This document shows, piece by piece, positions 12,888 to 23,746 of a stretch of DNA of 37,563 nt. The DNA lies in the NCBI GenBank assembly GCA_030770535.1, contig JASVEC010000169.1:1-37563 (forward strand). Direction: 5' to 3'. The notes below the pieces were generated by a model that was not told the origin of the DNA, did not search any database, and saw nothing but the letters and a program-made list of their open reading frames with translations. Position numbers and translations under genes: made by a program. Numbering within the stretch: the stretch's first letter is position 1; every line of letters starts with the position of its first letter. Source of the stretch: Batkoa obscura (taxonomy: Eukaryota).

Positions 12888-14320
12888 ATATACTAATAAA
12901 ATCGTTTAATTCCACGCTTCTTCTAAGGAATAGTTCTAGGCTATTGTTGGTTTTAAATCTATTAAATAGTTTGGGCAATATTATTTATAATAATAAAACC
13001 CATTTTAAAACAATAGGGCTATGTGATATTTTTAAATAGAATAAAATAAGATAAAATAAAATTATATATTAATTTATTACAAATTGGAAAAAATTAAAAA
13101 TAAGAATCAGTCAAATGAAATAAGCAGTAGATAGATAAGAATATAACATTATTTAACACTAGAGCTGTATAACATTAAAACTTGCCAAATAAAATATTTG
13201 TTCATTTTGGAAGATCACTCAAATAAATGCCTTTATTGGATTAAATTTCTCCATGTGCTCATACTTAGTACTTACCATTGACTGGATTCAAAATATTAAT
13301 GAAAATAATTAAAATGAAGTTATTCAGCCTTTATTAAAATATTTGATAAAAGTAAATATACTTTTGAGTCTGTTTATTTCTAATGAAACATAATAAAACA
13401 AATGATATTTCATAAGCATCAGTTTATAATTAAATATTAAGTGATTTTTGGATATTCGATTTTAGAAATAGCCTTTTTCACTTAAATTTCGAATAAGCCA
13501 ATTAGTTCTTAAATACTTGAATGAAAAAGTCTAATATTAGTAAATAAGAGTAAGATATAAATGGGAGAATGATAGCCATCGATATAAGAAACGAGTACAG
13601 TACTTACAATAAAGGAGACCAAACTATACTATTTTTGCTTTTGAAAATAAAATAGATCTAAAACATATTTAAGTTTAGTTCATTGTTAATTCCCTGAAGA
13701 AAAATAAAGAGTCAAAAGCAGTAACCGGGAGTCATTTCAGTATTTTTAGCTAATTTTATATTGTAGGGATAAGTAGTAATAATTAAAATAAAAGTATATA
13801 GAGGTATGCTTAAAAAAGGGTGTAGGTTTATAAAAACAGACGATAAAAATTATTTAAACAAATAAGATGCCATACTTTATTAAGATATGAAATTTACAAT
13901 GAATATATGATGATAATAAAAGTGAATCTACATATTTTAAAAAATGCTAATTATTCCTAAAAGGCAATACTTTAAATAAATTGTTTTTTTCAAATCCCGA
14001 AAGAATCGACAATCTTAAGGGTTTCATTTATGAATGTACAAGCTAAAAATAAAGGGAAGTAAAAAGAGGGGAAAAAATGAGGGTAGATAAAAACGAAGTA
14101 TGTGAAAGAAGATACTATAATTTAATGGTGTCTGCTTTGGACCATGGTAAAGTATATTTAACTATTTTATATCCAATTTTGCACATATCAATCCAGGTAT
14201 GAACTAAAATAGAGGCAGTTTAAGGTGCAGTAGGTGTACTATCAACTGATAGTTTAGAAAAATATGTGTAAATGATCCAGGTTTTAGTAGCTTGAATGGA
14301 AAATTGATAAAAAAACAGTA

Positions 14321-14668
14321 ATGAGAGAAGATATTCACAAGTTGAATGAAGTAGGAAAGAAAGCGGGCAAAAACAAAAATGAAGTACTTGAGATAAGTCA
14401 GAATTGGGTTCCGAAAGGCTTTGATGATGGTGTAAAACACAAATTTGTCACAAGACGGTTTCTCAACTTTGTGATAATAAAGACAGTTGAAACCGAGATC
14501 TTTAGTGATATGTAATATCTGATAGCAAATTTTAAATACTTCGGCGTAATCAAATGCATTTTATATTAGAATAACTCAATTATACTTATTAAAAAAGGGG
14601 ATCAACTTATACACTATTGTGTATTCTACAAAATCGCAGACCTATTAACGAAAACATCAAATATTTAA
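14321..14668 (+). mobile_element. Decayed Ty1/copia LTR-retrotransposon RNase H relic
   Basis: A single frame with two internal stops reads ...GVK...RRFLN...TEIFSDM*YLIA...KCILY*...LIKKGDQLIHYCVFYKIADLLTK, matching the motif order of copia RNase H ending in ADxLTK. Confidence 0.6.
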
Positions 14669-14759
14669 ATAAAAGTTAATCTAAAGTAAGTAGAATTAAA
14701 TTTTGAATGAGCAGAAAAAACAATAAGGAAAACAAAATAACTAAAAGCACTTTTATTTC

Positions 14760-16169
14760 TTAATGAGAGGGATTAGATTGAAGGTATAATTTATAAGCAA
14801 CAAGGATCCTTTTAACTAGGTGAAGAAGGTTTCTGTCATCATTTCTAACCGCAATAGTTTTGATAGAAACGACCAATTTTTGAAATGTTTTTGGATTCGG
14901 TTTACAAATTCTATCTATACATAAATCCTTAATAAATATTTCTGTTGCTTTTTCATATTGTTGAAATTGAACTAAACCTTCTAAATAAGAGGTATAATGA
15001 TTGGTTTCGATGTGAGTATGATGTCGAATTTGTTCAAAAGTTTCATTTAATGTTTGTAAATCCAAATAGAGATAGCAATTATCTAAGGCCAATGAAGCAG
15101 TCGACGCATAAGCTGGATGATTCTTAGGTATTAAACTCCATATTTTATTCGCTTTCTTTCCATACCCTCCAAGTGAGTATATTTTAAATAAACTTACATA
15201 AAGCGTTTCGTCTATAGATTCCTTTTGCTTAATAGCTATGTTGTAATACATTTCTACTTGATTCACATCACATGCCTTAATTGAAAATTTAATCAAATGA
15301 AGTAATCGGTTTTTTGAAACATTGGATGGTAGGTTGATGCTATCTTTTAATTCATTATAGATAGTGACATTTTCTAAATTTTTAATGGTGCAATTTGTTA
15401 TAAAACTAGTTATTAAATAATTGTTAACAGATTTAAATAGATTAAGACCTATTGTTTGATAAATAAAACTACGATCAGCAGGAGGTAATAAGTTAAATGA
15501 TTCAAGTTGCTTTTCATCTAGTAAATTGCCATCATAAAATTGATCCATTAATAGTTTATAAAAAAAACTAAAATCTTTGATTCTTAATGCTTGGTGAGCT
15601 AGTTTGTAGTACGTACTCCCTGCTAGTTTTACGTTATGTTCTTTTATGTAAAAATAGATAAATTTTAACTGTTTATATTCTAGTTGTTTACATAGGATTA
15701 AGCTATCAAATGAATTAATAGTACTCTTACTTGCATTAAACAGTTGATTTGAAACATTGACATAAGTTTGATCAATCTCTTCTTTACTTTTATTATGATA
15801 CCCATCGATGGTTATTCTACCTTGTTTTTTCTTTATGAATTTAAAAAATTGATTATAATTAGGGAATTTCTTTAAACCTTGGATATAGCTAATGATTTTT
15901 AAATCTGTATCAGAATTATCAAGTCTATTTTCACTGCTTGTTTTTATATTAACACATTCATTATAAAATTCCACGTTTTTCTTTGATATCAGGCTTGAAT
16001 CAACATCGTTATTTTTTATTATATTAATACTATTTGTGGCGATAGAAGAATAATTGAAACTTGCTTTGATGTTAAAAATTTGATTTATGTACCTGTATTT
16101 ATCAATTATAATGGATTCATAACGTATTTTAGTTAATTTATGTTTCAATTGATGAATTATTATTTTCAT
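14760..16169 (-). CDS. Pentatricopeptide-repeat-like helical protein, probably mitochondrial
   Basis: 469-aa intronless ORF with a basic N-terminus; PPR-like segments YVSLFKIYSLGGYGKKANKIWSLI and HYTSYLEGLVQFQQYEKATEIF...KPNPKTFQKLV. Confidence 0.7.
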   Translation of the reverse strand: MKIIIHQLKHKLTKIRYESIIIDKYRYINQIFNIKASFNYSSIATNSINIIKNNDVDSSLISKKNVEFYNECVNIKTSSENRLDNSDTDLKIISYIQGLKKFPNYNQFFKFIKKKQGRITIDGYHNKSKEEIDQTYVNVSNQLFNASKSTINSFDSLILCKQLEYKQLKFIYFYIKEHNVKLAGSTYYKLAHQALRIKDFSFFYKLLMDQFYDGNLLDEKQLESFNLLPPADRSFIYQTIGLNLFKSVNNYLITSFITNCTIKNLENVTIYNELKDSINLPSNVSKNRLLHLIKFSIKACDVNQVEMYYNIAIKQKESIDETLYVSLFKIYSLGGYGKKANKIWSLIPKNHPAYASTASLALDNCYLYLDLQTLNETFEQIRHHTHIETNHYTSYLEGLVQFQQYEKATEIFIKDLCIDRICKPNPKTFQKLVVSIKTIAVRNDDRNLLHLVKRILVAYKLYLQSNPSH

Positions 16170-16560
16170 AAAACTCTAAATAATTTAAAAAAGTTGTTTT
16201 TTTGTGTAAAATCGAGTAGCTTTAGAATTGATCCTATTTGTTTAGATGGGAGTTTTTAACTAGTTTCATTCCCTAACTATAATTAAGTTCAATCAATTTT
16301 AGAATATAAAATTAAGTGAATAAAAACTAATTAAAGGACCAGTATATATAAAAATTAATTTACTGTATTTATTTTATTACTTTTACAATTTGTATCTAAT
16401 CTTTATAATAAGATCGCACTTCTTTGTAAGCTTATTTTATAAGCAAATTTTACTTGACGCAAAAATTCAAAGTACATAAAATCTTTTTTGCAGCTTTGAG
16501 AATTTCTTTGAGCACAAATTTCAAGAATTTCATGTAGCTAATAAAACCTCTTTTAATAAA

Positions 16561-17864
16561 ATGTCCTTTTTTCCATTATTTGAGTCTGAAGAAACGACTA
16601 TACCGATACAGGAAGGAGAAATCAAGATAAGAGACCAACCAAATAAAAAAAACGAAGTTTATATAACTAGTATTGGTCAAATTATTGATGATACTAAGTG
16701 TGAAGTATGTAAAAAAGAGGATTTTAAATATAAATGCCCAGCTTGTTTGATGAAAACATGTTGCGTGGAGTGTGTTAAAACTCATAAAGCTCGTAATAAA
16801 TGCAGTGGTAAAAAGGCAAATTTTGAGTTCTTGCCAAAGGCTAAATTGGATGAAAATAGTTTATTAAATGGTAATATATTGGTACAACAAAATATATATA
16901 ACTGAAGATTTTAGATTATAAATATTTAACAGAAGTTACAAGGATAGCGGAAAATTCAGAAAGAGAGCTTCATCATAAAGCCGAGTTTAAAAATACCAAT
17001 TATAATAAGAAACTAAACTTGTTAAATAAAAAATTAGAATCCTTTAATATTAAAGCTATGAGCTTAAGTAAAGGTATGCTTAAAGCTAAGCTTAATCGCT
17101 CCTTTTGGTGCTATAGGTAATTTTAACAACTTAAATTAGAGGCATATTAACTTTAATTAAGGGAGAATACGTCATTTTGGACTATCACTTGGAAACTTAT
17201 AATTAATGATAAAATGGATATTGAAGTAGTAACTCATTATAATAAGGGTATAGAAACATTGGATGAATTATTCGAATCAAAAATTCGATCAAAGGTTAAC
17301 AGTAGCAAAAATTCGGATGATATCAAAATGTTAAAATCAGTCAAAGAACATCCTTGTAGTAGCATATTAACTCAAAGTATAGAATTATACTACTTTATTT
17401 CAAAAATAAATACCAACGTAAGCGATTTTTGTATAATATGAAACCATTATTTATATTTTTAGGCCAAAACCCCTACTTTCTACCAACTTGATTCAGATAC
17501 GCCATTGCAACAAGCTTTATCTCATATTAGATTTTATGAATTTCCTACCATACATGTATACCATGAAATGCCCGATAATTTAAATATTAGCCCAATTTTA
17601 CCAGTCAATGATTCATCACCAAAATTAAAATCTATTGGGCTTACTAATGATGATAGTGATATTGAAGCTTTAGAAAGAGATTTAAATATCAAGCCAAAAC
17701 CAAATAATAATTCAAAAGTACCAAAATATAATGATTATGATAAGATTGAAGTGGATAAAGTTGTAGATATTATAAAAGATATCCCAGAAGTGATATCAGA
17801 GGACGAACCAGACAATAATCAAGCCAATGGTCCGGATGAAAATCCAGACGAAATTGAGCTTTAA
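16561..17864 (+). CDS. BCD1: Box C/D snoRNA biogenesis protein (zf-HIT); exons 16561-16870, 16915-17116, 17162-17417, 17463-17864
   Basis: zf-HIT CEVC...YKCPACLMKTCCVECVKTHKARNKCSGK, then DYKYLTEV, WTITW and YEFPTIHV motifs; three GT-AG introns keep the frame. Confidence 0.9.
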
Positions 17865-18277
17865 TTTAATTTTATAGAGTAATTTTTTATATTAAAATTT
17901 TGTTTTTTATATTTATGTAGCTTGGTTTACTGTGTTATGATAGTTTTTGAAATTTCTTAAATGCTAATTTACTTATAGTTTACATAGTTTTATTTAAATT
18001 TAGTTTAATTGTGATAAAATAACAGTATAAACACATTGAATAGAATGTATTACTGCTGATAGTTATAATGTAAGCCATTGAGAATTATCATTTTTATTTA
18101 TATTGAACATTAGTATTTTTCATAAGTTTCTGTAGTTTTTTTTGCATGGAAATTAGTATTAAAATTTGAAAAGAACATTTGTACGTAATCAATGTAAAAT
18201 TCGTTTTGACTCTTTATAAATTTATTTAAAATGACCATTCAACTCAATCGTTTGCCTATTATTTCATTACAAGATAT

Positions 18278-18376
18278 GAGGGTGTTTTTTTTGGCTTCAT
18301 TACTTTTTCTATCTTTTAAGCGCTATTTGAGTGGAAAAGTTGTTAGCAAAATTCTTAAACACAAAAATACATCCCC
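18278..18376 (-). mobile_element. MITE copy 6, inserted in the F-box-coding region
   Basis: Flanks atat/atat; removing the element plus one ATAT restores gatatattcaaatta, as in the intact paralog. Confidence 0.95.
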
Positions 18377-18956
18377 ATATATTCAAATTATTAGATTCGA
18401 CTAAACAATTTAATTTGCGCTTTTTAAATAAATGTTCATTTAATATTGCAAACAATACAATTAAATACGATTTATATTATTCAATCTATTATATTGAGAG
18501 TAATTAATATAGTACATACTGACAAAATTTTATTGAACAAAATGGAGAAATAACGAAACATTTAATTTTATATGATGATAAATTTTAAATCATTAATTGT
18601 TCTAATATAATATTGTCAGAGATTGATAGTTATAATGATGACTTTGATTATGAAGGTATTAATCAGCACATCGAATTTGGTATTAAAACAAATCTAACAA
18701 AACTAAAAAAGTTAGTTATTTATAACAACAATATTATCGGCTATCTAAAGCTATTTAATAGTTATCTCAATCAAATTGAAACAATTGAATTAATGGAAAG
18801 AGTCAGGTTTAATGAACTTGATGTATTGAATATATAGTTGAATATTTTAATCCTAATATGTTGAATTCGTTAACATTAAACTTTATTATAAAGCTTAGTG
18901 GATTAGATATAATAAAAACAAAGTTTTTAAATTTAAAAGTACTAAATTTAGCATAT

Positions 18957-19053
18957 AGGAATGTGTTTTTTGCTTAAGAATTTTGCTAATAAAATTTCCG
19001 CTCAGGTAGCACTCAAAAAATGGAAAAAGTAATGAAACCAAAAAAACATCTTC
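18957..19053 (+). mobile_element. MITE copy 7, second insertion in the F-box pseudogene
   Basis: Flanks atat/gtat; removal gives LAYSGFNN, collinear with LAWCNFHD of the paralog. Confidence 0.92.
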
Positions 19054-20158
19054 GTATAGTGGTTTTAATAATCCTTAGTTAATCTCGACCCCAATGTCAG
19101 TTTTGTGTCTCCTTTAAAGTTAAAAATTGAAAGATATTTTTATGATGGCTTTAATATCGAGTTCCTTGGTAATTTAAATTGTTTAAAGCAAACAGAATTG
19201 AGAGATGATTCCAACTATTTATTTGATATGTATGTTAATATTAAACTAATGAAAAAGGCAATTTATTTATTTCAGTAGAGTCAAACTTCAATATGCCAAT
19301 TAACTATTATTTGATGAAACTAATTGACTCAAAGCAATCGTATGTACATCATCTGTCTACAGGTTTACTCAACGTACTTCCATTATTATCAAATATATGG
19401 CATCTTTTTGTTGGTCGTTTATCAATTGATAATAATAGTTTATTTCAAAAGTCTGATTTAAGTGAAACTGATAAATATAAACTTGACCTTATAAAGTAAA
19501 TTACAGTTAATTAATTAAATCTTTATCTGGATGATTTTTTATCATTTTTTTCAAACCTTCAAGTTATTAAAGTCCCCATACTTTGATTTGAAAATGAGAC
19601 AATCAACTGTTACCTACAATATTCCTACTTCTTTACTTCTTATTGCTTGTATTCGATACGAATGTGATCTAGAACCCTATCAAGCATTGGGCCAAATTTT
19701 CAAAATAAATTGGATAAAATATTAAAATATAATTGCTTTAATGTCTTTATTAGTATGGTAGTTACAAACAAAAGATCAGTAATCTCAATAATTATCAAAT
19801 AATGCTGCTTTTGTTGTTAACACTTGAAGTGATTAAAATATGGTAAACTTGTTGATTACTAATACCAAAATCAAAGGCCTGTAGTTAAAACGACCTTTAT
19901 AAACTTTGGTTATTATTATAGCTTTATAATAAATAACAAACACATTTTGTTTTGTTAACAAAACATAAAATCGAAATTTTTATCAAAACAAGTGACCCCC
20001 TGAATTCCTTTCAATAAGTTTATTCTGTTAGGAAAGGACTTTAAAATGTCCTCTTTGATAACACAGCAGAGCATTGTGTTAATTTTATTGAAACATAAAC
20101 ATCAAATAAATTAAATAAAAAAGTAAAGATAAAACAAACGTGCAAAATGTCTAACCAT

Positions 20159-21067
20159 TTATAATTTCTCTAAAACATGTTTAGCTAAGGTATTTGAAAG
20201 TCCAGTATTATCCGGCTAAAACAAAATAATTAATGAGTAATCGTAAATAATAAATAAGTCATAAAAGTTTACCTCAACAAAGAGTTGGTCCACTTTACCA
20301 TTCTAAATAAAATTAAAATAAATTAAATGTAAACAAATTAAAATTAAATCCTACCTTCAAAATCATAGCAAATCTTTTGGAGCGAATACCGCCTAAAACT
20401 ATATCTTATTTTAAAATAAAACAATAATGGTATCAGTTAAAATTTACCAGGAAGGTCAAATTGTAAATCCATATCCTTAACAGCTTCAGCATTTACATCG
20501 GCAAACATGGTGATCTAATTGAAGGTTTAGATAAAATGAACCGAACTATTATTCATGGTCTAACTTGCCTTTTTATCAGTATTATTTGCTTCGCCCCAAG
20601 CTTGCATAACAAAAGCATCGTTAACAGATAAACAAGCAATCTCTTCAACTCCTTTTTGTTTTAATTGTTCATAATTTTCAAGGTAACTTGGCAAATGAGA
20701 CTATTATAATTTTAATTTCAAATTGTATTTAGAATACAAAGTAATTTATATTTTACTTTGGAACAGCCTAACAACATTATTATAAGATAGATTAAAAATG
20801 AATTGTGAGTTTACCTGGAGTAAAAGCACCTGGAACACCAAATAAAATAGCTAAAGGATATTGTTTAAAATGCTCAAATAAATTAATCTCAGTTGCTGGT
20901 GAGTTTAAATGCACTGACTTAGTTGATAACTCTTGCCCAACTTTTATAAAAGCTCTAGTGCTGCTTTGAAATAAACGTTGACTTTGTTTGAGAATCTAAC
21001 GAAAATATAATTTACTCATATTTAATTAAAGTTTGGTAGGAATTACTTGTTGTAAATTAGATTTCAT
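20159..21067 (-). CDS. Prx5/Ahp1-type peroxiredoxin (180 aa) with probable mitochondrial presequence; exons 21067-21047, 20995-20815, 20767-20757, 20700-20569, 20514-20448, 20398-20355, 20302-20273, 20215-20159
   Basis: Spliced translation gives LFGVPGAFTPGCSKSHLP, ACLSVNDAFVMQAWG, MFAD, LGGIRSKRFAMI, VEPDNTGL; exons total 543 nt in frame; absent from the ORF track. Confidence 0.92.
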
Positions 21068-21247
21068 GTTAAAAAATTGTATTTTTTTAAAAGGAATAAG
21101 ATGTCGTATTATTTCTTAGGGTAATTTAAGGATTTAACCGAGATAGATTATGAGTTAACAAATAAAATAAGGAGCTTATTAGCATCATGGATATTAGCCA
21201 ATCAATTAAAAATATATAGTTATGATTTAAGGAGAACACTTTAATAT

Positions 21248-21343
21248 GGCGATGTTTTTTTGACTTCATTACTTTTTCCATCTTTAAGCGCTGCTTGAGT
21301 GGAAAAATTGTTAGTAAATCCTTAAATGCAAAAACACATCCCC
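21248..21343 (-). mobile_element. MITE copy 8
   Basis: ggcgatgttttttt...aagcgctgcttgagtggaaaaattgttagtaa...aaaacacatcccc; flanks atat/atat. Confidence 0.9.
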
Positions 21344-21442
21344 ATATATTTTTTTATTAAAATTATTAAGAAGAGAGTAAGATAAAAGCTAAAAAATAAA
21401 CTGAAAGAAGCTTTTTAAACGTTTTGTTGATATTTAACATAT

Positions 21443-21538
21443 GTGGATGTTTTTTGATTTCATTACTATTCCATTTTTTAAGCGCTATTTCAGTGGAAAG
21501 ATTGTTACTAAAATTCTTGAATGAAAAAACACATCTTC
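21443..21538 (-). mobile_element. MITE copy 9
   Basis: gtggatgttttttg...aagcgctatttcagtggaaagattgttac...aaaacacatcttc; flanks atat/atct. Confidence 0.9.
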
Positions 21539-21665
21539 ATCTTTATTTTAAATAATAATATTAGAGCTAAGCATCAGGATCCCTTTATTTAGAATCTATC
21601 ATTAACATCAAAGAATTTATCATGTCACTATTGTAACTACAATAATAGCAAGTAAAACAATTCAG

Positions 21666-22997
21666 TTATAGTCCATACTTTATCCAATTCATTTTAAAAA
21701 TCTGATCTAATGCTCGATAGAGCTCTGGATCATGCTTATATGGAATAGAGGTAATAAGAAGTAAAGAAGTAGGTGGATTATAGGTAACAGTCGATTCTCT
21801 TATTACCAACTTAAAGCATCGAATTTTAATAACTTGAAGATTCGGAAAAAATGATAAAAATGATAAAAAATCATCCAGATATAGATCCAATTGAATAACT
21901 GTAATTTGTTTTATAAAGTCAACTTTATATTTACTAGGCTCATTTAAATCAAAATTATGACTTGAATAATAATGATTCATTGATAAATGACCAATAAAAA
22001 GATGTAGCATATTTGGTAATGATGGAAGTATATTAAATAAAGGTGCAGATAGATTATAAACATACAATTGTTTTGAGTAGGCTAATTTTGTCAGATAATG
22101 ATCAATTGGCATATTGAAATTTGATTCTCCCGAAACAAATAAATTGTCTTTTTCAATCAGTTTAATATCACTACACGTATCAAACAAATAAGTGGATGTA
22201 TCTTTCAATTCTATTTGCTTTAGACAATTTAAATTACCAAGGAACTCAATATTAAAATTATTACCAAAACATCCTTCAATTTTTAATTTTAAATGAGATG
22301 CAAAGTTGACATTGGGATTAAGGTTAATCGGGGTATCATGGAAATTACACCATGCTAAATCTAACTCTTTTAGATTAACAAACTTTGTTTTTATTACATT
22401 TAATATATGAGGGCTTAATTCATTAATATCTAATGTTAATGACTTTAGTTTATTAGGGATAAGGTGTTTAACTATATTATCGATATTTATTCCAAATCCA
22501 TGGTCTTTATATATTTCCCTTAATTCAATTATTTCAATTTGATTGAGATAATTATTAAATAACTTCAAATAACCGACGATATTGTTGCTACAAACAACTA
22601 ACTTTTTTAGTTTTGTTAGATTTGTTTTAATACTAAATTCAATATGTTCATCAATATAGTCAGTATCTTCATCATAATCAAAGTCATCGCCTTGATCATC
22701 AATCTCTAACGATGTTATATTAGGACATTTATTTAATAATTTGAGGTTGTCATCATATAAATATATATGTTTCATCATTGTTCCATTTTGTTCAATAAAG
22801 TTTTGTTGGTATATACTATATTGATTACTCACATTATAATAATAAATTGAATAAGATAAATTATATTTAATTGTATTATTTGCAATATTAAATAAGTATT
22901 TGTTTAAAAAGCGTAAGTCAAATAGTTTAGTTGGATCCAGTAATTTGAATATATCTTCTAATAAAACAATAGGTAAATGGTCGAATTGAATAGACAT
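21666..22997 (-). CDS. F-box/leucine-rich-repeat protein (443 aa)
   Basis: N-terminal F-box FDHLPIVLLEDIFKLLD...LRFLNKYL; LRR-like units (CPNITSLEI, LTKLKKLVV, FVNLKELDL, FPNLQVIKI). Confidence 0.85.
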   Translation of the reverse strand: MSIQFDHLPIVLLEDIFKLLDPTKLFDLRFLNKYLFNIANNTIKYNLSYSIYYYNVSNQYSIYQQNFIEQNGTMMKHIYLYDDNLKLLNKCPNITSLEIDDQGDDFDYDEDTDYIDEHIEFSIKTNLTKLKKLVVCSNNIVGYLKLFNNYLNQIEIIELREIYKDHGFGINIDNIVKHLIPNKLKSLTLDINELSPHILNVIKTKFVNLKELDLAWCNFHDTPINLNPNVNFASHLKLKIEGCFGNNFNIEFLGNLNCLKQIELKDTSTYLFDTCSDIKLIEKDNLFVSGESNFNMPIDHYLTKLAYSKQLYVYNLSAPLFNILPSLPNMLHLFIGHLSMNHYYSSHNFDLNEPSKYKVDFIKQITVIQLDLYLDDFLSFLSFFPNLQVIKIRCFKLVIRESTVTYNPPTSLLLITSIPYKHDPELYRALDQIFKMNWIKYGL

Positions 22998-23746
22998 TGT
23001 AAATAAAATCTATAAAACAACTTATTTTTTTATTTTATATATTTTTGGAGTTGATTTATTTGGTAAATTATGTAACTTTGGACCTTAATTGGTTACTTTT
23101 TATTTAATCCAATTAAAATTAGTAATGTGTGTAAAAATGTTCTTATATATTTTACTTTTATTCTGTATATAGTAAATTAATTTTATATGTTGATTTATTT
23201 AGTAAATACAAGAATAATATTATATTATTATTTGATATTTTATTCGAGTTCTAAATTTACTCCACTTTATAAGGACCACATGTTTTTTATATTTTATTAT
23301 CATTTTATTATTTTATAAATGTTTATTTTAAGCCAGTAAGTCAATGTTGTAAAATCGATCAAATATAAAGATATGGGTGAATATTGTTTTATTGCTTCAA
23401 GCTTATGAATGTTAAGATCTATTTCGATATTAATTATCTATCAAACTCTTTAATATTTTATTTGATATTTTTATTATTACTTGAATTATCAATCAAAGTT
23501 ATATTATTTAACATTTAAAACTCAAAGTAATAAACATAATAAAAATACTTACTATTGAGATTATTTGGTTATATTTTACTATCGCTTTATTTGTTTATTC
23601 AAATTAGTATATTAAAAACAATGATAGGTTGCATTTGTTCTTTAAGAATTAAAAGTTAAAGTTTGAGCCTTATAAAATATTAATGAATATAAATAGAATA
23701 TTACAAAAGTTACAAAATATTTGTTTTTTAATTAAAGAAATATAAA

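Larger units (their letters stand above)
18231..19725 (+). pseudogene. F-box/LRR pseudogene, paralog of 21666-22997, disrupted by two MITEs, stops and frameshifts
   Basis: Starts MTIQLNRLPIISLQD (paralog MSIQFDHLPIVLLED); fragments HIEFGIKTNLTKLKKL, STVTYNIPTSLLLI and QIFKINWIKY closely match the intact copy. Confidence 0.92.

Noticed and set aside
19908..19965. Short AT-rich inverted repeats (e.g. tgttttgttaacaaaaca) resembling a terminator
   Set aside because: Low complexity and plausible by chance at this AT content; intrinsic terminators do not apply to a eukaryotic locus
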